This document shows positions 1-8,169 of a stretch of DNA of 64,000 bases, in pieces. The DNA lies in NCBI GenBank assembly GCA_964655125.1, contig CAZZLT010000046.1, forward strand, positions 14,480-78,479, given 5' to 3'. The position numbers and the translations under genes are program-made. Under the pieces are notes generated by a model that ran no database searches, was not told the DNA's origin, and saw only the letters and a list, made by a program, of their open reading frames with translations. Each line of letters begins with the position of its first letter. Within the stretch, counting starts at the first letter, position 1. This DNA comes from an uncultured Desulfurococcaceae archaeon. GTDB lineage: Archaea; Thermoproteota; Thermoprotei_A; Sulfolobales; NBVN01.

Positions 1-2
1 TA

Positions 3-227
3 AGTAGTGAGTCTTTAAGTAGGCTTAAATCATTAGTTAACGATTTAAGAGGTTTAGGTAAGGACTTAAGCGTATCTACTGAAGTACTAGCTAGTTACTT
101 AATGCTTTCTAGAGATGTGTATCCAAGACCTGAAGACCCTATTAAGGAATTAATAAGTAGGAAGTCATATATTAGTTATGAAGATGTTCAGAGCATATTA
201 AAAATCTATAGTAGGTATGTAACTTAA
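3..227 (+). CDS. 3' end of an unidentified gene (partial, runs off the window start)
   Basis: Frame open from base 3 to TAA at 225-227 (74 codons, ...LKSLVNDLRGLGKDLSVSTEVLASYL...YSRYVT*). Codon usage matches the host. No recognisable domain. Overlaps the thrC stop by 4 nt. Confidence 0.35.
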   Translation, partial: SSESLSRLKSLVNDLRGLGKDLSVSTEVLASYLMLSRDVYPRPEDPIKELISRKSYISYEDVQSILKIYSRYVT

Positions 228-1440
228 TCACTCATCACTAACTTCTTAATAGTTTTTATAGCTGCTTCAGCATCAGCTACTACCACACGATCTACCTCAT
301 AGTTTAACATTACGTCAGGGTCCTTCAACGCATGTCCAGTAGCAATAGCTACTACTACCTCATCACCTCTAATAACACCTAAATCTACAGCTTTCTTAAC
401 ACCAGCTATAGATGCTGCACTAGCTGGTTCAACACCTAAACCCTCCAACCTAGCTAGGTCTTTCTGAGCGTTTAAGATCTCTAAATCACTAACACTTAAC
501 GCATACCCTCTACTCTCATTAAGTACTCTTAAAGCTCTCTCCCAATGGACTGGACTACCGATCCTGATTGCTGAGGCTATAGTCTCTACCTTACTCTCAG
601 GTACGTAGCTACCGTTGTGGAAGGCCTTAACTATAGGTGATGCCCCCTCCGCCTGTACAGCTAATACCTTAGGTAACTTCCTAATCAATCCTAAAACCTT
701 CAACTCCTTAAGCCCCTTCCATAGGGATGTTATATTACCTGCGTTACCTACAGGTAATACTATCCAGTCAGGAACTCCTAACTCATCAACAATTTCATAA
801 CCTACTGTCTTCTGACCCTCAATCCTCCAAGGATTAACTGAGTTGAGGGGGTATACGTTGGGGTCGTTAGCTAACTCCATAATCACCTTCATAGCTGTGT
901 CGAAACCACCTTCAACTTCAATTACTGTAGCACCGTAGAGTAAACCCTGACCCATCTTACCCTTAGCAATACCGTTCTTAGGAACTACTAGGATAGGTTT
1001 AAGCCCTGCCCTCCTAGCATATGCAGCCATACTAGATGATGTATTACCTGTTGATGCGCAGACAACAGCTTTAACACCTAAGTACTTAGCTATAGTGATC
1101 GCTACAGTCATACCCCTATCCTTAAAACTACCTGTTGGGTTAGCACCTTCGAACTTAACGTAAAGGTTAGTAAGTCTTAAAGGCCTACCTAGATTAGCAA
1201 CACGTATTAGAGGCGTCCCACCCTCATAAAGTGTTACTATCTCAGCATCCTTAGGTACAGGTATTAACTCTCTATACCTCCACACGTGGAATTTCCTACC
1301 TCTGAATAATTCCCAACTGACCTCAACATCTAGAGACCTTAACTCAACCCTGAGAAGACCTCCACAATCACAGAAGACTCTACGACTTAATAACTCGTAC
1401 TCTCTACCACACCTCTCACAAACTAATAGGTTTGGAACAT
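224..1440 (-). CDS. thrC: Threonine synthase (PLP-dependent) with N-terminal zinc-ribbon domain. Start unresolved: the open frame runs to 1471 and the first canonical in-frame start is GTG at 1285.
   Basis: FKDRGMTVAITIAKYLG PLP-lysine motif and GNAGN loop. The frame upstream of the listed ORF encodes LLVCERCGREY...FCDCGG (CxxC..CxC). SD GGTGG lies 5 nt before ATG 1440..1438, which is +1 out of frame. Confidence 0.9.
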
Positions 1441-1532
1441 CTAAACCACCGTAAATCCTATACTCAAGGACTTAAATACTTATCGTTTACTTAGTAAAGA
1501 CTATAAATTATTAGTTGTAATGTGTTTATTAG

Positions 1533-2837
1533 GTGGGTCTCACGGTTAGGGTTAAGACCTCTTTAGATAGTGGTAAAGGTGTTAAAAGTATTTATGATGA
1601 GGTCTACGGCTACATACCTGTATCTGAGGTTGAGCTTAAGGTAATTGAGACACCAACTGTTCAGAGGTTAAGGAGGATTAAACAGTTAGCTCTCGCTTGG
1701 TATGTATACCCTGGAGCACTACATACTAGGTTCTCACATTCTTTAGGAGTTATGCATGTAATAGGTATTCTAGTTAGGAAATTCATTGATGAAGGTTACG
1801 TAAGACGTGATGATTATGAGTTATTAAGGATTGCTGGGGTATTACATGACATAGGTCATACACCGTTCAGCCACGCTATTGAGTCGTACATGACTCAAGC
1901 CTTCAGGATTAGACATGAGGAATTAACTACATACATAATAGAGACTGACCCATACTTAAATGAGGTCTTCTCAGAGTATGGTATAAATCCTAAGGAGGTA
2001 GCATCAGTGATTAGGGGGAATCATAAGGAACCACTGTATAACATGTTATTATCTAGTGATTTAGATGCTGACCGTATAGACTACCTACTTAGGGACTCAC
2101 TACATACTGGTGTAGCTTACGGTATGATAGATATTGACAGGATATTACATACAATAACTGTGGATAAAGATGGTGAGTTAGCAGTCCCTTCAAAGTCTAT
2201 ACAGGCTGTTGAGAACTTCTACTTAGCTAGGATGCATATGTACAGAGCTGTTTACCACCATAAGACTATAGCAGCATTTCAAGTTATGATGAGGGCTATA
2301 TACGAGATGATACTGAGTGAGTTAGGTGATTATCTAGAACCATTCACTACTTTACCGAAGATCCTATCAAGTATTAGGAAGGGTGAGTTCTACTTATGGG
2401 ATGATAACCTCATAGCAGGTACTCTAAACCTAGTGTTGGTTAGGGGTTTAGGTAGTGACGTACTTAGAGAGTTAATCAGGTTACTACTGAATAGAGTTGG
2501 TTATAAAGCAGTATACGACGTTGTTAAACTCTCTCAAGAACCACTATCTACGGATAGAGATGAAGTAGTTAAGATGTTAAACGATGTTGTTAAGGATTTA
2601 AGTGGTTATGTAGGGTTTAAGGAGTATATGACTATACCCTATATGGAGGAGTTAAACTTAGTTGATGAGGATCTATGTGTTAAGGTATTAGATAAGAACA
2701 CCTCTGTAAGGATTACTGAGTATAACTCCTCAATAATTAACACAATACCGAGATTCATAGGTATAATCAGATTATACGTACATCCAAACATATATGATAA
2801 GGCTAGGGAAGTACTACTGAGTAAAGGTATTATATGA
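1533..2837 (+). CDS. HD-domain phosphohydrolase (SAMHD1/dGTPase-like, COG1078-type)
   Basis: HTRFSHSLGV, VLHDIGHTPFSH and DADRIDYLLRDS motifs. GTG start sits inside a GGTG context. Confidence 0.85.
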   Translation: MGLTVRVKTSLDSGKGVKSIYDEVYGYIPVSEVELKVIETPTVQRLRRIKQLALAWYVYPGALHTRFSHSLGVMHVIGILVRKFIDEGYVRRDDYELLRIAGVLHDIGHTPFSHAIESYMTQAFRIRHEELTTYIIETDPYLNEVFSEYGINPKEVASVIRGNHKEPLYNMLLSSDLDADRIDYLLRDSLHTGVAYGMIDIDRILHTITVDKDGELAVPSKSIQAVENFYLARMHMYRAVYHHKTIAAFQVMMRAIYEMILSELGDYLEPFTTLPKILSSIRKGEFYLWDDNLIAGTLNLVLVRGLGSDVLRELIRLLLNRVGYKAVYDVVKLSQEPLSTDRDEVVKMLNDVVKDLSGYVGFKEYMTIPYMEELNLVDEDLCVKVLDKNTSVRITEYNSSIINTIPRFIGIIRLYVHPNIYDKAREVLLSKGII

Positions 2838-3327
2838 GGGTTAGTAAGTGTTTTTCAGTGTTTAAGTCTTTAGCAGAGGTATTCTTAATCATTAAGTACG
2901 CATCCTCACCGTCTGGGTAGTAGTTCTTCAACACCTTAACTACTTCATAACCTAATGACTTATACATGTTAATAGCTACGTAGTTACTAACAGCTACCTC
3001 CAACTTAAACTTAGTGATACCGTCATTACGTAGTTTAGATTCTATAGAATTCATCAATAACCTACCAATACCTAAACCCCTATAGTTAGGGTCTACAGCT
3101 ATTGAGACTATATGTCCTGAGGAGTCCTTATCAATAACAGCTACTACATAACCGATAACCTCCCCACAATACTCACAAACTAGGAAGTACTCAGGATATA
3201 GGTTTAATAATGTAGTGAGTACGAGTATTGAGTACGGGTACTTAAAAGACCTACCCTCAATCTCAACTATACGTCTAAGGTCCTCATTCTTAGCCCTCCT
3301 AACAACAACACCACAAGTACTACTCAA
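2830..3327 (-). CDS. GNAT N-acetyltransferase (RimI/Ard1-like)
   Basis: Acetyl-CoA binding motif VDPNYRGLGIGRLLM. 165 aa. TTG start 7 nt after GAGGTG. Confidence 0.85.
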   Translation of the reverse strand: MSSTCGVVVRRAKNEDLRRIVEIEGRSFKYPYSILVLTTLLNLYPEYFLVCEYCGEVIGYVVAVIDKDSSGHIVSIAVDPNYRGLGIGRLLMNSIESKLRNDGITKFKLEVAVSNYVAINMYKSLGYEVVKVLKNYYPDGEDAYLMIKNTSAKDLNTEKHLLTLI

Positions 3328-3470
3328 ACATAAACACCTCTAAAACCCTAATCATGTGGATTACTTCCACTACAGTAAAGGTATTAAAAATATAAAGTCC
3401 TACATACCCCGACTCCAGTATTAAAGACTTATTACAGCTACTTAAGAAGTAATTACCTGGGTTAGATACT

Positions 3471-3809
3471 ATGGATTTTAAGAGTAAGGAAATAGCTATT
3501 TATCAAGAACCTCGTAACGGTATTAGGAGGTGGATCTATATCGTTGGTGAGAAGGTGATGTTAATGATGGTTGAGTTAGACCCTAACGTAGGAATCCCTC
3601 AACATACACATCCTCAAGAACAGATAAGCTTTATATTAAGTGGTAAGGCTGAGGTCAGGACTTCAGAAGGTACTTACGTATTTAATGAAGGAACAGCATA
3701 CCACTTCAAACCTAACGAACCTCATGAAACCCGTAATCCAGGACCTGAGAAATTAATTGTGTTAGAGGTCTTCGCACCACCACGTGAGGACTTACTGAAG
3801 GGGAGGTAA
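3471..3809 (+). CDS. Cupin-domain protein
   Basis: GIPQHTHPQEQISFILSG ... PNEPHETRN two-motif cupin signature. 112 aa. Confidence 0.8.
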   Translation: MDFKSKEIAIYQEPRNGIRRWIYIVGEKVMLMMVELDPNVGIPQHTHPQEQISFILSGKAEVRTSEGTYVFNEGTAYHFKPNEPHETRNPGPEKLIVLEVFAPPREDLLKGR

Positions 3810-3826
3810 AACAGTTTAAAATATTA

Positions 3827-3834
3827 TTCTTTTT
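3827..3834. terminator. T-rich tract between convergent genes (archaeal-type terminator candidate)
   Basis: ttcttttt sits in the 28-nt gap between the 3809 and 3838 gene ends. Confidence 0.3.
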
Positions 3835-3837
3835 AGG

Positions 3838-4317
3838 TTATACTTGTTCAGGTTCTAAAGGTGAGAAATCTATTTCAGCATCATACTTTCTAACTATCTT
3901 AACACCCTTTAACTCCATAATAACTACATCTGATGTTACTAGTATTGGGTTTCCACCCTTAACTAAGTGTCCTCCATGTACGTGGCCCCACTGATCACAT
4001 ACTGCTCCGTGAATATGTGTTAACCTACTACCCTTCTCATCCTTACCAACAACACCTGAACCACCTAAGAATGATAGTGGTCCTACAATCTCTTTAGGTG
4101 GGCTATAACTAGCACCGATTTTAACGTTAGGGTTAGGTATGAAGTACATTACTGTTGCCTTAGCTAGTGTCCCAGTACCTACATCAACATAAGCATAATC
4201 AATACCTAAATCATCACAAACCTTCTCAATACCTTCAATAATATCAGTACCTGGTTGAAGTCTAACAACTACAACCCTACTGATAGAACCAACAGCAGAC
4301 TTAAACCTAACAACCAA
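3838..4317 (-). CDS. PPC/DUF296-family protein (PD1-like DNA-binding fold)
   Basis: RVVVVRLQPGTDIIEGIEKV ... THIHGAV..WGHVHGGHLVKG ... VVIMEL pattern typical of DUF296. TTG start 5 nt after GGTGG. Confidence 0.65.
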   Translation of the reverse strand: MVVRFKSAVGSISRVVVVRLQPGTDIIEGIEKVCDDLGIDYAYVDVGTGTLAKATVMYFIPNPNVKIGASYSPPKEIVGPLSFLGGSGVVGKDEKGSRLTHIHGAVCDQWGHVHGGHLVKGGNPILVTSDVVIMELKGVKIVRKYDAEIDFSPLEPEQV

Positions 4318-4564
4318 TTAAACCACCATTAAATCATAGAGTTAGAAACTTAAAACCTTATAGGTAGATATATTGACTAGTAACTTTAAAAGATTACCTC
4401 ATGTATATCTATGCAAGTATGTCTGGTATTTCATTATAGTGTTTATTTTAATTAACTTAAAATTAAAGGTACTCATAGTCGTTCATCAGTAAAGCAAATT
4501 TATTGTTTTTGAAGGAATAAGTTTATTTCATATATAGGGTTTTAAAGAGAATCTAAAAAGATTT

Positions 4565-4592
4565 GTAAGATCTATTAAGTAAGATCTATTAA
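4565..4592. promoter_or_regulatory. Tandem 14-bp direct repeat GTAAGATCTATTAA x2 upstream of AOR (operator candidate)
   Basis: Exact copies at 4565-4578 and 4579-4592, each containing the palindrome AGATCT. They lie about 75-100 nt upstream of the AOR start, inside a 330-nt AT-rich intergenic region. Confidence 0.4.
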
Positions 4593-4665
4593 TATTCAAT
4601 AATTTTAAATCTTCAGAGTTAAAGATTTAAACCTTTATTAAGTACTTACTTTGGTGTTATATATA

Positions 4666-6549
4666 GTGTTTAAGGGTTATGCTGGTCAAATACTTAAAAT
4701 TAATTTATCAACTAAGGATGTGGTGAAGGAGGCTCTTACAGAAGGTTTAATTAAGGATTACTTAGGTGGTTTAGGTCTTGCAGCTAAGTTATACTACGAT
4801 TTAGTACCACCACGTATAGATCCTTACGACCCAGCTAACGTAGTTATATTTACTGCAGGACCTGTACAAGGCACCCTCATACCTGGTTCAGGTAGGGGTT
4901 TGTTTATCTCGAAATCACCACTAACTAATAGGTTCTTTAATTCTAATCTTGGAGGCTTCATAAGTAGTGAGTTGAAGAGGGCTGGTTATGATGTTGTAGT
5001 TATATCTGGGAGGGCTGAGAAACCAGTCTACATAGTTATTGATGATGATAGGGTTGAGGTTAGAGATGCTTCGTATTTATGGGGTAAGACTACCTACGAA
5101 ACTCAGAAGATTATTACTGAAGACCTCGGTGATCCTAAATTCCAAGTAGCTTGTATAGGTCCTGCAGGTGAGAACTTAGTTAGATTCTCAGCTATAATAC
5201 ATCCAACACCACCTGAATGTCATGCAGCTGGTCGTGGTGGTATTGCCTCAGTAATGGCTTCAAAGAATCTTAAAGCTATAGCTGTACGTGGGAGTAAGGA
5301 GGTTGAAGTAGCTGATAAGGATAGTATGATCTCTTTCTTTAAGGAGATAGCTGAGAAGTGTAGGAAGCATCCATTCTTACCGACTTACGGAACTCTAGGT
5401 GTTTTAGGGACTATTAATAGGTTAGGTGGTCTCGGAACTAGGAATTGGCAGACTGAGGTATTTGAAGGTGCTGATAAGATTCGTGGGGAGACTGTAATAC
5501 CTAAGTATAAGATTGCTGATAAGGCATGTGCTTCATGTCCTATGGGTTGTGTTAAAGTAACTAAGGTTACTGAGGGTAAGTGGGTTGGTACTGTAGTTAA
5601 GGGTCCTGAGTATGAGACTCTATATTCTTTAGGTTCTATGGTTGGTGTTGATGATTTCGGAGCTATTGCTAAAGCCTCTAGATTATGTGATGAATATGGA
5701 TTAGATACTATATCTACAGGTGTTGTTATAGCATTCGCTATGGAGGCTTATGAGAAGGGTATAATAACTAAGGAGGAGGCTGAAGGTCTAGAGCTTAGGT
5801 TTGGTGATGGTGATGCTGTAGTTGAGATGGTGGAGAGGATTGCTTTTAGGAAGGGTTGGTTAGGTAACTTACTTGCTGAAGGTGTTGCTAGAGCTTCTCA
5901 AGTAATTGGATGTGGTTCTCAGTACTTCGCAATGCATTTTAAAGGTTTAGAACTAGCTGGACACTCACCAAGAGCTGTTAAAGCATGGACTCTAGGCTAT
6001 TCAGTAGGTTGGAGAGGTGGTTCACACCATGATGCAAGACCACATGATATAGAGTATGCTAACCCAGTCGAGGTTAGAGCCTTCAGTACTGAAGGTAAGG
6101 CTGAGATAATATATGACACAACTTTAAGAGTTATGATTGAGGAAAGCTTAATAACTTGTAGATTTTTTGGAGGTTACTACGGTGTGAGAACACCTGGTGA
6201 GACACATGCTAAGATCCTTAAGATGGTTACAGGTATTGAGTGGAGTGTTGAAGAACTCATTAGGATAGCTAAGAGGATTAGGACTTTAATTAGGTGTTTA
6301 GAGGTTAGAGACGGTTTTGACGTTAGGACAGACCTAAACGCACCACCACCAAGGATACTTTACGAACCAATACCTGAAGGAACTTCAAAAGGTGCTTATA
6401 CAAGTCCTAAGGAGTTTAAAGCCATGATTAAGAAATTCTATGATTTAATTGGTTGGGATTTAAAAACAGGTATTCCTAAATCAGAGAATCTGAAGGAATT
6501 AGGTCTTGACTTCGTAATCGAGGATTTTAAGAAATTAAAACTACTTTAA
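4666..6549 (+). CDS. aor: Aldehyde:ferredoxin oxidoreductase family (tungstopterin enzyme)
   Basis: N-terminus FKGYAGQILKINLST matches the family MYGYAGKILRVNL pattern. Also CASCPMGC Fe-S ligands and EYETLYSLGS. The ORF is open from 4651; GTG 4666 fits the family N-terminus and follows GGTG. Confidence 0.9.
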   Translation: MFKGYAGQILKINLSTKDVVKEALTEGLIKDYLGGLGLAAKLYYDLVPPRIDPYDPANVVIFTAGPVQGTLIPGSGRGLFISKSPLTNRFFNSNLGGFISSELKRAGYDVVVISGRAEKPVYIVIDDDRVEVRDASYLWGKTTYETQKIITEDLGDPKFQVACIGPAGENLVRFSAIIHPTPPECHAAGRGGIASVMASKNLKAIAVRGSKEVEVADKDSMISFFKEIAEKCRKHPFLPTYGTLGVLGTINRLGGLGTRNWQTEVFEGADKIRGETVIPKYKIADKACASCPMGCVKVTKVTEGKWVGTVVKGPEYETLYSLGSMVGVDDFGAIAKASRLCDEYGLDTISTGVVIAFAMEAYEKGIITKEEAEGLELRFGDGDAVVEMVERIAFRKGWLGNLLAEGVARASQVIGCGSQYFAMHFKGLELAGHSPRAVKAWTLGYSVGWRGGSHHDARPHDIEYANPVEVRAFSTEGKAEIIYDTTLRVMIEESLITCRFFGGYYGVRTPGETHAKILKMVTGIEWSVEELIRIAKRIRTLIRCLEVRDGFDVRTDLNAPPPRILYEPIPEGTSKGAYTSPKEFKAMIKKFYDLIGWDLKTGIPKSENLKELGLDFVIEDFKKLKLL

Positions 6550-6561
6550 CTTCTAACCTTA

Positions 6562-6566
6562 TTTTT
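6562..6566 (+). terminator. T5 tract just after the AOR stop
   Basis: atttttatg lies 13 nt downstream of the stop codon. Confidence 0.25.
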
Positions 6567-6608
6567 ATGTTAATAACTTATTAAGTCTAGGTTGAATATC
6601 TCTCGGTG

Positions 6609-7336
6609 ATGTTACGGTCTTCATAGATCAGAGTAAATGTATTGGTTGTGGTATATGTATTCCTTACTGTCCTAGGAATGCTATTAAGTTAAGTCCTGAG
6701 ACTAGGAAGGCGTATATAGTTACATCAGAATGTGTTGAGTGTGGTACGTGTGTTAGGGTTGTACTATGTCCTAGGGATGCTATTGTAGGTGTTGTTGAGG
6801 GCTATACTAGGGAGGTTAGAGGACATTTCAGTGACCCAATCGCTCAACACCCAAGTACTGGTATTCCTGGTAGGGGTACTGAGGAGATGAAGACTAACGA
6901 CGTTACAGGTAGGTTTAGGAGGGGTGAGGTCGGCTTCGCATTAGATATCGGTAGACCCTTAGTAGGTGTTACCTTCGCTGAAGTTGGTAGGTTCATTAAA
7001 GTACTTAACGAGGTTGGTGTTGAGTGGGAGAAGGCTAACCCAATACTATACCTACTTAAGGATTTGAAGGAAGGTAAATTCCCTGACGAGTTAATGAATG
7101 AGAAAATACATTCAGCAGTCCTAGAGTTTAAAGTACCTATAGGTAAGGTTAAGGATGTTATTGAGAAACTTAAGTACTTAGCTGAGACTACAGATACTGT
7201 ATTTAGTGTTGGTGTTATCTCTAGAGTTGAACCGGACTTCACAATACCTGTAGTTAATATCTTAAAGGAGTTAGGTCTTGAAGTAAGTCCTTGGGCTAAG
7301 ACAAACGTAGGTTTAGGGAGGCCATTAATAGAGTAG
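6609..7336 (+). CDS. 2x[4Fe-4S] ferredoxin-domain protein with an uncharacterised C-terminal domain (module copy 1, protein A1). Start unresolved: the frame is open from 6596.
   Basis: The frame upstream of the listed 6887 ORF encodes VTVFIDQSKCIGCGICIPYCP...CVECGTCVRVVLCP. It is collinear with its paralog at 62902..63654 (MVYLYINPNKCVACTHCVPFCP...) and shares GRGTEEMKTNDVTGRF. There is no in-frame ATG/GTG/TTG before 6887. Confidence 0.75.
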
Positions 7337-7344
7337 GTGTGATT

Positions 7345-7974
7345 ATGACTCACACACACCATAGAGTAGGATCTATAGAGTCTTTAAAGAAGGACTTCGT
7401 AGTTCTAGTGATGGCCTCAAGACTTATAAAGTATGAGGATGAAGTAGGTAAGTTTAGGAAGGTTATGGAGATATTAAGGAAGTATAATCCGGTCAACCTA
7501 GGTAATATGGTTGTAGGTAATAAGTATTGGAGGGATGAAGAAGATATAAGGAGTAAGTTTAGAGAGTACGGTAATATAGTTCATGGAGTATACACAAGTG
7601 TTGAGCAGGTTAAGGAAGTTCTTGAAGAACTTAAAGAAGTTGATCTAGGGTTATCAGTAGTTGTTACAGGTGTTTATGAGGAGGTATTCAAAATACTTAA
7701 GGAAGTTGGATTAAAACCACATACTATAAACTTATCATTAGGTGTTTGGGGTAGGACTGAAAAACTACCACCTAAGGAGGTATTAGAGATTACTACGATG
7801 TGTGGTCACTGTATGGTATCACCATCGTTAGTTATGAAGATGATTAGTGAGATTAAGAAGGGGAGACTCTCACCAGCAAGTGCTGCTGTAGAACTTGCTA
7901 GACCATGCGTATGCGGTGTATTTAATGTTAAGAGAGCTGAGGAATTACTAAGAAAGTTAATTAGTAAGTACTGA
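7345..7974 (+). CDS. Uncharacterised Cys/His-motif protein (module copy 1, protein B1)
   Basis: MTHTHHR N-terminus, MCGH and CxCGxFN motifs. Paralog of 62273..62902. ATG lies 5 nt after GGTG (the listed ORF begins 6 nt earlier at GTG). Confidence 0.7.
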   Translation: MTHTHHRVGSIESLKKDFVVLVMASRLIKYEDEVGKFRKVMEILRKYNPVNLGNMVVGNKYWRDEEDIRSKFREYGNIVHGVYTSVEQVKEVLEELKEVDLGLSVVVTGVYEEVFKILKEVGLKPHTINLSLGVWGRTEKLPPKEVLEITTMCGHCMVSPSLVMKMISEIKKGRLSPASAAVELARPCVCGVFNVKRAEELLRKLISKY

Positions 7975-8169
7975 TAAACTACAGTATTAAACCTGAAATC
8001 ACGATCGCAACCACTCATCACTAATCATCATGAAATTCATTAAATTTTACTGATGAATATACTAACTAATTAAGAGATAATTAAGTATGAAATTAAGGTA
8101 AATCCTAGGATGTCTTAACCTATTAGAAAAGTTTTTATTACAACTCCCTTTACTATATTTGGTGTTTAG

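Noticed and set aside
615-800. Antisense or shadow ORFs listed in the six-frame track. Examples: 615..800, 6844..7362, 7806..8021, 9849..10142, 10667..10858, 11839..12084, 16197..16496, 25408..25740, 27300..27650, 34882..35403, 41137..41415, 44897..45493, 46278..46553, 48147..48422, 55039..55335, 61871..62065, 62894..63232.
   Set aside because: Each lies entirely inside a longer opposite-strand or alternative-frame gene with clear family motifs. Their translations are low-complexity (Ser/Thr/Leu/Pro-rich), as expected for the reverse frame of AT-rich coding DNA.
4318-4329. In-frame mini-ORFs that abut real starts: ATG GTG GTT TAA before TTG 4317, and likewise ATG TTC TAG before GTG 18742.
   Set aside because: The GTG/GGTGG parts are the Shine-Dalgarno sequence itself. 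The downstream canonical start codons are in frame and give family-typical N-termini, so no anomaly is needed here.
4565-4592. Checked the short tandem repeats (here and at 25067-25084) and the rest of the window for CRISPR arrays.
   Set aside because: Only two adjacent units with no spacers. No repeat-spacer periodicity of 24-40 nt appears anywhere in the window.
7975-8169. C/D-box-like pieces in the intergenic region after module gene B1: CTGATGA on the plus strand, ATGATGA/GTGATGA on the minus strand. Also a short ATGAA-A-TTCAT inverted repeat.
   Set aside because: No correctly spaced D'/D CTGA boxes on either strand. The box-like strings are isolated.
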